Below are positions 17,541 through 24,279 of a stretch of DNA of 32,000 bases, one piece after another; the first letter of the stretch is position 1, and each line of letters begins with the position of its first letter. The stretch is from Propionibacterium freudenreichii subsp. freudenreichii (GTDB lineage Bacteria > Actinomycetota > Actinomycetes > Propionibacteriales > Propionibacteriaceae): assembly GCF_000940845.1 (NCBI RefSeq), contig NZ_CP010341.1:1830001-1862000 (forward strand). The letters run 5' to 3'. A model generated the notes under the pieces. It had not been told where the DNA came from and did no database searches. It worked only from the letters and a program-made list of their open reading frames with translations. Made by a program: the position numbers and the translations under genes.

Positions 17541-17830
17541 GAGTGCCCTCCCGCGTGCTCGCGGACGGCCATGCGCATCGCGTGCCTGCTCGATGCGGGA
17601 TGCCCATGTCCATCCCTTGATTCAACGAACAGGAACTATCAGCAGGTCTGCGGTTCGGGCTCTTATGCCCCGGCGGGTCCCATCGCCGTTTTCAGGATAG
17701 TCCCGCGCATGTGCCCTGGAGCTTCTGATCGCGTGAAAGATTCCACCTCGCGCCTCTAATCATCGGGGAAGGCCGTGTGCCGTCGATGACGCTGCCGACA
17801 CCCACCAGCTGTTCCTGGTGTCTGCTCGCC

Positions 17831-18430
17831 TCAGGCCCTCTGCGCGAACTCCGACCAACCTGCCTCCAGGCGAGCCATGATGGCGTCAAGATCGGCCCGT
17901 GAGGCGTCCATGTCCGTGGCCGCGAGATCGGGGATCTGGAGCACGATGCGGGCCAGGGCGCGGATCACGGCGTCCTCCGGTCGCCCCACGATCCCGGCCA
18001 GCAGGGTGGTGAGCCCGGGCTCGCAGCGCTCCCACCGTTCCTTGGCGTAGGCGCGCAGCGGCGGAGCCTCGACCACCCGGCGCACGAAGGCCGATTGCGT
18101 GCCCGAGAAGGCACCGCGGTCACGGAAGAACTGGTGCAGGGCGTCCAGCACGCTCTGCCCGTCGGCCCGCGATTCGACGGCGGTAATGATCGACTGCATC
18201 CTCTCGTCGGCAGAGTCGACGTTGTCACCGAAGATCACGGCGTTCTTGCCGTCTGGGAAGTGTTTGAACAGCGTTGTCACTGCGGTATCGGCTTCCTCGG
18301 CGATGTCGACAACGGTGACAGCCTCATAGCCGCGCGCGAGCACCAGCCTGCGCGCGGCGGCGGTGAGCGCCGACGAGGTGGCGGCCTTCTTGCGTTCGCG
18401 ACGTCCCTGGCGTTCCGCTGTCTGACTCAT
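17831..18430 (-). CDS. TetR/AcrR-family transcriptional regulator (divergent from the MFS gene)
   Basis: The HTH region reads RRERKKAATSSALTAAARRLVLARGYEAVTVVDIAEEADTAVTTLFKHFPDGKNAV. I chose the ATG at 18430. An alternative in-frame ATG at 18469 would add 13 aa. Confidence 0.8.
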   Translation of the reverse strand: MSQTAERQGRRERKKAATSSALTAAARRLVLARGYEAVTVVDIAEEADTAVTTLFKHFPDGKNAVIFGDNVDSADERMQSIITAVESRADGQSVLDALHQFFRDRGAFSGTQSAFVRRVVEAPPLRAYAKERWERCEPGLTTLLAGIVGRPEDAVIRALARIVLQIPDLAATDMDASRADLDAIMARLEAGWSEFAQRA

Positions 18431-18436
18431 GGCCTC

Positions 18437-18487
18437 AGTGTACAGATCACGTTTGTGTAGCTCCTCCATTTATGTAGTGATTACACT
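18437..18487. promoter_or_regulatory. Candidate operator half-sites (gapped inverted repeat) in the TetR/MFS divergent intergenic region
   Basis: AGTGTAcagATCAC (18437-18450) and GTGATTACACT (18477-18487) are reverse complements apart from a 3-nt indel. Confidence 0.3.
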
Positions 18488-18533
18488 TTTGCAATGGCTG
18501 CGCATATGCTGTCGCTGCGAAAGGAAGTACGTC

Positions 18534-19961
18534 ATGACACAGACATTGACCGCCGTCGAGCCCACCACGAGCTCGCGGCTCGGCAGGCGCCTCTGGGCGA
18601 TCCTCGCGGTCGTCCTCATCGCGGACGCCATCGACCTGATGGATTCCACGATCATGAACATCGCAGCCCCGACGATCCAGCGCGAGATCGGCGGCGGGGA
18701 GGGCCTCATCAAGTGGCTCGGGGCCAGCTATGCGCTCGCGCTGGGCATCCTGCTCGTGGTGGGCGGGCGACTCGGCGACCGCTTCGGGCGCCGGCGGCTG
18801 TTCCTCATCGGCATCGCCGGATTCGGGGTCGCCTCGGTGTTGTGCGCGGTGGCCATCGATCCCGCGTTCCTCATTGCCGCCCGGCTGCTCCAGGGGGCCT
18901 TCGGCGCCCTGCTCATCCCGCAGGGCATCGGCATCCTCATCGCCACCTTCTCCCGTGAGCAGTTCCCCACGGCTGCCTCGATGTTCGGCCCCGTGCTCGG
19001 TGGGGCCTCGATCGTCGGCCCGATCCTGGCGGGATTCCTCGTCGGCGCCAATATCGGTGGCCTGACGTGGCGGCCCATGTTCCTCATCAACATCGTGCTG
19101 TGCGCGGCCGGGCTCATCGCCGGATGGAAGCTGTTGCCCCCGGATCGCGACCTGCAGAAGGTGTCCATCGACGGACTCGGCTCGGCACTGTTGGCAGTGG
19201 GCATGCTCGGCGTCCTGTTCGGACTCATCCAGGGCTCGACCAACGGGTGGACTGCGGTTCCCGTGATCTGCCTGGGCCTGGGTGTCGCCGGGTTCATCGG
19301 CTTCGCCCTGCGCCAACGCCTCGCGACGAATCCCCTCATCGTGCCGGCGCTGTTCCACAACCGTGGCTTCACGTCCGGGTTGCTCATCGGGCTGGGCTAC
19401 TTCGCGGTGGTCAACGGCTTCGCCTATGTGGTCTCGCTCTACTTCCAGATGCACCTGGGGCTCAGCCCGGTGGGTGCCGCGCTGGCCATGATGCCGATGA
19501 TGGTGGGCATCATCATCGCCTCCTTCGTGGCACGCCCGCTCATCCCGAAGCTGGGACGCAACCTCGTGGTGGCCGGCCTGGCCACCACCCTGGCCGGGAT
19601 CGTCGCCCTCATCGCCATCAGCATTGCGGCGGGAGACGCCACCAACCAGTGGATGCTCGCGCCGGCGATCCTCGTGCTCGGATTGGGCATGGGCGCGTCG
19701 TTCAGCAGCATCTACGACGTCGCGATCGGCGATCTCACGACGGACCTCGCCGGTAGCGCATCGGGTTCACTGTCGGCGGTGCAGCAGCTGGCCTCGGCCA
19801 TCGGCTCGGCGGTGGTCACCACGATCTACTTCCAGACCTCGGCAGCCGCCGACGCCAACCGACCCTTCATCGCCTCACTCGTCGTGGTCGGTGCCATCAC
19901 CGCCGTCTGCCTCATCGCCGCTCCCCTGCTGCCGAAGCGTGCCCCGCAGGACGCCCACTGA
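18534..19961 (+). CDS. MFS transporter, DHA2 (EmrB/QacA-like, ~14 TMS) drug:H+ antiporter family
   Basis: The ATG at 18534 follows AAAGGAAGTACGTC. The sequence LMDSTIMNIAAPTIQREIGG, motif A GGRLGDRFGRRRLFLIG, and the 475-aa length with ~14 hydrophobic segments all fit DHA2. Confidence 0.85.
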   Translation: MTQTLTAVEPTTSSRLGRRLWAILAVVLIADAIDLMDSTIMNIAAPTIQREIGGGEGLIKWLGASYALALGILLVVGGRLGDRFGRRRLFLIGIAGFGVASVLCAVAIDPAFLIAARLLQGAFGALLIPQGIGILIATFSREQFPTAASMFGPVLGGASIVGPILAGFLVGANIGGLTWRPMFLINIVLCAAGLIAGWKLLPPDRDLQKVSIDGLGSALLAVGMLGVLFGLIQGSTNGWTAVPVICLGLGVAGFIGFALRQRLATNPLIVPALFHNRGFTSGLLIGLGYFAVVNGFAYVVSLYFQMHLGLSPVGAALAMMPMMVGIIIASFVARPLIPKLGRNLVVAGLATTLAGIVALIAISIAAGDATNQWMLAPAILVLGLGMGASFSSIYDVAIGDLTTDLAGSASGSLSAVQQLASAIGSAVVTTIYFQTSAAADANRPFIASLVVVGAITAVCLIAAPLLPKRAPQDAH

Positions 19962-20014
19962 GCGGGCCGACATATCCGACAGAAAGTAGCCGGGCGCCAT
20001 CAATGAAATCACCA

Positions 20015-20037
20015 CCCCATCCCCACCCCAGCACCCC
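20015..20037 (-). other. G-quadruplex-forming motif G4-N4-G4-N1-G4-N2-G4 (C-rich on the plus strand)
   Basis: The plus strand ccccatccccaccccagcacccc corresponds to GGGGTGCTGGGGTGGGGATGGGG on the minus strand. Confidence 0.5.
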
Positions 20038-20056
20038 TCGAGTTTCCCCTCGGGAT

Positions 20057-20087
20057 TCTACGTAGTAGACTTGCTCTACGTCGTAGA
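20057..20087. promoter_or_regulatory. Two tandem 13-bp palindromic operator-like sites upstream of the ABC-2/TetR operon
   Basis: Site A is TCTACGTAGTAGA (20057-20069; 5-3-5 palindrome, also containing the perfect 8-mer CTACGTAG). Site B is TCTACGTCGTAGA (20075-20087; perfect 6-1-6 palindrome). The two 13-mers differ at a single position and start 18 bp apart. Site B overlaps a -10-like TAGAGT located 19 nt before the ATG at 20109. Confidence 0.6.
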
Positions 20088-20108
20088 GTTACGACGGATG
20101 GAGCACGA

Positions 20109-21043
20109 ATGTTGGTAGCCAAGGGAATCATCAAGTCGTATGGGAACCTCAAGGTTCTCCGCGGCGTCGATCTGTCGGTCGAGCGAGGGCAAATTCTTGG
20201 CCTCATGGGGGTGAATGGGGCGGGCAAGACGACACTGATTTCGATCCTTGCCGGACTGACGCGGCCGGATGCCGGCGACGTGCACATTGGGGGCGTGGAT
20301 CTGCTTCGTCACCGCCGCCAGGCCGCCCGGCATATCGGGGTCGCCCCACAGGCGTTGGGCATCTACCCGACCCTGACGGTGCAGGAGAACCTGGATTGCT
20401 TTGCGGGGCTGGCTGGTTACTCCGGTCGGAAGGCCCGTTCCCGGACTGCTGAGATCGCGCGGTTGATGGGTCTGCAGGATCTGCTCGACCGGCCCGCAGG
20501 TCACCTCAGCGGTGGCCAACAGCGGCGTCTGCATACCGGGATGGCGCTTCTGGGTCACCCGGACGTCTTGTTCCTGGACGAGCCGACAGTCGGCTCGGAT
20601 GTGCAATCACGCGAGGTGCTGCTCAGCATCGTCACACATATGGCGAATGAGGGCACCGCCGTGATCTATACGACGCACTACCCCGCTGAGCTTGAGCAGT
20701 TGGATGCAACCATCAACGTGCTCGTCAACGGCAGGATCACGGTGACCGGCAGTGTCCAGGAAGTCACCGGGCAGTGGGCCTCATCATCGATATTCCTTCA
20801 TTTCCGGGGCAAGACACCGCGGAAGTGGACGGGTGGAAGGAAGACCGCGGCGGACTGGTTCCAATCCGGCCGGTCAGCGATCCCGGTCAGATGCTCGGCC
20901 AGACATTGAGCACGCTCGGGGCTGCTGCGGGCGGTCTGGACGATGTACGCATCACCCGTCCCAGCCTCGAGGCGGCGTATCTGGCGATCACGGGCGACCA
21001 TGCGCTTGCGGAAAAGGAGGCCAGCGATGTCGTTGCTGCCTAG
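20109..21043 (+). pseudogene. ABC transporter ATP-binding protein (DrrA-like, ABC-2 type), apparently frameshifted near 20780-20790
   Basis: Frame 0 (20109 onward) encodes Walker A GVNGAGKTT, the signature LSGGQQRRL, Walker B VLFLDEPT, and the H-loop TTHY. After ...VQEVTGQWASS it degenerates into basic junk up to the stop at 20909. Frame 2 (open from 20696, ending at TAG 21041-21043) encodes the expected C-terminal domain ...IIDIPSFPGQDTAEVDGW...VRITRPSLEAAYLAITG and overlaps the permease start as usual. Confidence 0.6.
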
Positions 21044-21800
21044 CATGTCGATTGCCAGAACTACCTGGAGGCTGCAGCTGCGCGATCCTGGGTCGTCAGT
21101 AATCATGACCCTCCTGCCGCTCATCCTCGTGCCGCTGCTGAACCCCAGCGCGAAGGCACAGCTGATCCTGTCCGGATATCCGAACGCCAGCGGTGCCGAG
21201 CAGACGGTGCCTGGGCTCGCCATATTGTGCGCGTTCCTGTCCGTTGAGCAGGTCACCACCTTGTTCTTCCGCGAACATGCGTGGGGAACATGGGACCGGC
21301 TGCGCGCCAGCGCGGCGTCCACTGCCGACATCGTGACAGGCAAAGTTGTTGTCCGCTTCCTGATTCAGCTCGCTCAGACTGCCATCGTCTTCGCCGTGGG
21401 TGCGCTCATCTTCGGTTACCGTCCCAACGGCTCGGTGCTCGCGATCGGTATCGTCGTGATCGTGTTCACCGCCATGCTCGTCGCCTTTGGCGTGATGCTT
21501 GTCGCGCTGTTTCGCACCATGGATCAGGCCGATACGGTCGGAATGCTCGTGGGCATGCTCCTGGCCGGCCTGGGCGGCGCCCTGGCACCTGTCGCGTCGT
21601 TCCCCGGCTGGGTGCAATCGCTGGCCCACGTCAGCCCCGCCTTCTGGGTGTTGGACGCCCTGCGCCGCCTCACCCTGGACAGCGCACACCTGACTGACGT
21701 GATGCCCGCGATAATCGGCACGCTCGCCTTTACCGCCGGGTTCGCACTGATTGCCGCCGTCAGCTTCCGCTCCAATGCCGTGAAAGTAGGCACCACATGA
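21027..21800 (+). CDS. ABC-2 type transporter permease
   Basis: The ATG at 21027 follows AAAAGGAGGCCAGCG. The 257-aa product has 6 predicted TM helices and the typical N-terminus ARTTWRLQLRDPGSSVIMTLLPLIL. It overlaps the frame-2 end of the ATPase by 17 nt. Confidence 0.8.
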   Translation: MSLLPSMSIARTTWRLQLRDPGSSVIMTLLPLILVPLLNPSAKAQLILSGYPNASGAEQTVPGLAILCAFLSVEQVTTLFFREHAWGTWDRLRASAASTADIVTGKVVVRFLIQLAQTAIVFAVGALIFGYRPNGSVLAIGIVVIVFTAMLVAFGVMLVALFRTMDQADTVGMLVGMLLAGLGGALAPVASFPGWVQSLAHVSPAFWVLDALRRLTLDSAHLTDVMPAIIGTLAFTAGFALIAAVSFRSNAVKVGTT

Positions 21801-22435
21801 GTACGAGTGGGCGTCCCATGCGCCCGACCCTGTCCCGGGACTACATCCTTCACACTGCATTGCACATCGTGGACCGTGACGGTTCCGACAAACTCACCAT
21901 GCGCCGGCTGGGCACCGAGCTTGGCGTAGATCCGATGGCCATTTACCACTATGTGCCGAACAAGGCCGCCCTGTTCGACGGCATTGCCGAGACGATCTGG
22001 TCATCGCTCGACCTGGGCGTCCCGAGCCCGGACGAAAGCTGGCAGCAGCAACTCATCGCCGCCATGCGCGCCTTGCGTGGAGTCCTGCGGGCGCACCCGA
22101 ACGCGGTCGCCCTCGTCGGCACCCGGCCCGTAACCAGCCCCGAGCTCCTAACCGTCATAGAGCAACTGCTCGGCTTTCTCACCGAGGCGGGCATGCCTGC
22201 AGACGCTGATACGGCCGATCTGCTGAGCACCCTGGTCAACTACACGATCGGCCAAGTCCTCGCAGAGGTCGGCGAGCCGGTCGGAGCAGAGTCAGCCCCA
22301 GCCAATTACCAGGCCCTGTCTCCCCAGACCCACCCACATCTGAGCGCCCTGCTGAACAACGGCTGGACTTACGATCCGGACGCCCAGTATGACCACGGTC
22401 TCAACGCCCTGCTCGCAGGCTGGCGCCAGACCTGA
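21797..22435 (+). CDS. TetR-family transcriptional regulator (last gene of the ABC-2 operon)
   Basis: The ATG overlaps the permease stop (ATGA). The HTH region reads LSRDYILHTALHIVDRDGSDKLTMRRLGTELGVDPMAIYHYVPNKAALF, and a TetR-type C-terminal domain follows. Confidence 0.85.
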   Translation: MSTSGRPMRPTLSRDYILHTALHIVDRDGSDKLTMRRLGTELGVDPMAIYHYVPNKAALFDGIAETIWSSLDLGVPSPDESWQQQLIAAMRALRGVLRAHPNAVALVGTRPVTSPELLTVIEQLLGFLTEAGMPADADTADLLSTLVNYTIGQVLAEVGEPVGAESAPANYQALSPQTHPHLSALLNNGWTYDPDAQYDHGLNALLAGWRQT

Positions 22436-22549
22436 CACCCCCACGCGAACACGGTTCCTTGCATATCCAGATCCAGGGACCCATCGGCCGCCTCAGCGAG
22501 TGCCATCTCCGGTCCAAGACCAGCGCTGGCCTCACATGTAGCGGGGTCG

Positions 22550-22622
22550 TGCCCCCAGCGGGATTCGAACCCGCACTGGAGCGGGTTTAAGCCGCCTGCC
22601 TCTGCCGTTGGGCTACGGGGGC
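22550..22622 (-). tRNA. 73-nt tRNA, anticodon UAA (nominally Leu/UUA) but with class-I architecture (5-nt variable loop); isotype uncertain
   Basis: Hand-folded cloverleaf of the reverse complement: GCCCCCG TA GCCC AACGGCAG AGGC A GGCGG CTTAAAC CCGCT CCAGT GCGGG TTCGAAT CCCGC TGGGGGC A. The T-loop is the canonical TTCGAAT. No CCA is encoded. Confidence 0.85.
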
Positions 22623-22630
22623 CCGGAAAC

Positions 22631-22636
22631 AGACTA
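22631..22636 (-). promoter_or_regulatory. Candidate -10 box TAGTCT (TANNNT), 8 nt upstream of the tRNA 5' end
   Basis: The minus strand reads ...CCGATTAGTCTGTTTCCGG|GCCCCCG. Confidence 0.3.
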
Positions 22637-22731
22637 ATCGGCGGCACCCACACGCGCGACACGAACCGGGACAACCAGGGCCAACCGGCGATTCACCGGA
22701 CCTGCCCACCAAGACGGCCCAGGCCCGTGCG

Positions 22732-23688
22732 CTAGTCGGCGCTGATCGCCTGTCCCTTGCCGTCCACCAGCATGCTCAACGCGATGCCATCGAGGATGTC
22801 GGACTCGCTCACCACGAGTTCGGGTGCCCCCACGCGGGAGGCGACCTCCTCGACGATCAGGGCCCCGGCGCACAACACCTCGGCACGCTGCGGCTGCACG
22901 GGCCCCCAGCTGACCACCTCGGACACGGTGGCACCCAGCAGCCGATCAGCCACCTCGTGCACCGCTGCCTGGCTCAACACCGAGCCGTGCACGCGCGAGC
23001 GGTCGTAGCGGCGCAGGTGCTGTGCAAGGGCGGACATGGTGGTCACGGTGCCGGCCACGCCGATGAAGGTGCGGATGTCGGACAGCTCCACCCCGCTCGA
23101 GTCGAGCTCGGAGCGCACCAACTGCCGGGCACGGGCGATCTCGTCGGCCGTGGGCGGGTCAGAGCGCAGGATGCGCTCGCGCAGTCGCCGGGAACCGATG
23201 TTGAGGCTCACCGACGCGTCGATGTGGGCCAGGTCCGCGCCCGCGCCGACGCCGCGCACCAGCTCGGTGGATCCCCCACCGGAGTCCATCACCAACACCG
23301 GGTCGGCCTTGGACCGGATGCCCGACAGGGCCCCCCGGAAACTCAGGTGCGCCTCTTCCTGCCCCGACACCACCTCGGCGTTGATGCCCAGCCGGGCGCG
23401 CACCCCACGGAACAGCTCGTCGCGGTTCTGGGCGTCGCGGGTGGCCGAGGTGGCCACGAAGCGTCCCCGCTCGCAGTCGAGGTCGGCAATGATCTCGTTG
23501 AACTGCTCGCAGGCGTCGAACGCGCGGTTGAGGGCATCGGGGGCGAACAGGCCGGTGGCGTCGACGCCCTGACCCAACCCCACGAACAACAGCCTGCGGT
23601 CGTATTCGTGCAGCGATCCATCGGGGTTGAGGCTTGCCACGAACAACCTCATCGTGTTCGTTCCGCAGTCGATCGCCGCAACCCTCAT
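22732..23688 (-). CDS. ppx: Ppx/GppA-family phosphatase (exopolyphosphatase-like)
   Basis: The N-terminus is the ASKHA-fold motif MRVAAIDCGTNTMRLFVA. Also present are ATSATRDAQN and the DSGGGSTE phosphate loop. The start overlaps the stop of the upstream DUF501 gene by 4 nt. Confidence 0.85.
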   Translation of the reverse strand: MRVAAIDCGTNTMRLFVASLNPDGSLHEYDRRLLFVGLGQGVDATGLFAPDALNRAFDACEQFNEIIADLDCERGRFVATSATRDAQNRDELFRGVRARLGINAEVVSGQEEAHLSFRGALSGIRSKADPVLVMDSGGGSTELVRGVGAGADLAHIDASVSLNIGSRRLRERILRSDPPTADEIARARQLVRSELDSSGVELSDIRTFIGVAGTVTTMSALAQHLRRYDRSRVHGSVLSQAAVHEVADRLLGATVSEVVSWGPVQPQRAEVLCAGALIVEEVASRVGAPELVVSESDILDGIALSMLVDGKGQAISAD

Positions 23689-24200
23689 CGCTTGCTCCCC
23701 TCCGGGCGTGGGACGCAGGAGTGCTTCCAGAACTCACCCACGGCGCGCACCGTCTCGTCACCGAGCGGGTTGACGCCCGGCCCTACCGCCAGCGCATGGC
23801 CGAGCAGCGCGTGCAGGCACTTCACGCGGGTGGGCATACCGCCGGCGCTGATGCCGTCCAGCTCGGGCACCTCGCCCAGCGCGGCACGATCGGCCAGATA
23901 GGACTCGTGGGCCGCCCGGTAGCGCTCGGCCAGCTCCGGATCGTTCTCAAGGCGCCGCGTCATCTCGGCCATCACGCCGTTGGCCTCCAGCCGTGAGCAC
24001 GCCGCCACGGCGCGCGGGCAGGTGAGGTAATAGGTGGTGGGGAACGGAGAGCCGTTGGGCAGCCGCGGTTCGGTGGCGATCACGCCGGGACGTCCGCAGG
24101 GGCATCGCCAGGCGACCCCCACGACGGCCCGTGGCTCGCGGCCGAGTTGCTCGGCGACAATCTGCTCGTCAGCGGGACTGAGGGGCTCGATTTGGCGCAT
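23685..24200 (-). CDS. DUF501 domain protein
   Basis: I chose the ATG at 24200 (MRQIEPLSPADEQIVAEQLGR...). Conserved blocks present: RCPCGRPGVIATEPRL, PFPTTYYLTCP, GGMPTRVKCLH. Its position between ftsB-like and ppx matches the conserved actinobacterial arrangement. Confidence 0.75.
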   Translation of the reverse strand: MRQIEPLSPADEQIVAEQLGREPRAVVGVAWRCPCGRPGVIATEPRLPNGSPFPTTYYLTCPRAVAACSRLEANGVMAEMTRRLENDPELAERYRAAHESYLADRAALGEVPELDGISAGGMPTRVKCLHALLGHALAVGPGVNPLGDETVRAVGEFWKHSCVPRPEGSKR

Positions 24201-24279
24201 TCTCCAATTGTGGCACGACCGAAAAACGGCATGCGCCGGACGGAGCTCGCCTCGGGTCCGCGACGCGGCGGTGGGCCGG

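Noticed and set aside
17574-17616. Two small hairpins (gcatcg/cgatgc and gggatg/catccc) in the 290-bp region upstream of the enolase paralog, considered as a possible riboswitch or leader
   Set aside because: They are 6-bp stems only, with no conserved riboswitch core that I can recognise. This is not enough evidence to call a regulatory RNA.
16371-17759. A 462-aa ORF antisense to the enolase paralog, and the analogous 442-aa ORF (25037..26365) antisense to the housekeeping eno
   Set aside because: This is the same high-GC artefact. Both enolase sense frames carry complete catalytic motifs, while the antisense products are low-complexity with no start-site signals.
20026-20058. A possible att-like partial repeat of the tRNA 3' end (ccccagc ... 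cgggattc) at the left edge of the lower-GC cassette
   Set aside because: Only two short blocks of 7 and 8 nt match, separated by an 18-nt insertion relative to the tRNA sequence cccccagcgggattcgaa. This is within chance expectation, and no integrase gene is present.
20772-20795. Programmed -1 ribosomal frameshift in the ABC ATPase
   Set aside because: There is no X XXY YYZ slippery heptamer at the frame switch (cag tgg gcc tca tca tcg) and no obvious downstream pseudoknot or hairpin. An indel, whether a mutation or an assembly error, is more parsimonious.
22550-22622. The tRNA as an ochre (UAA stop) suppressor
   Set aside because: The anticodon read 5'-3' at positions 34-36 is UAA, which pairs with the codon UUA. 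A UAA-stop suppressor would need the anticodon UUA (loop CTTTAAC), and the loop here is CTTAAAC.
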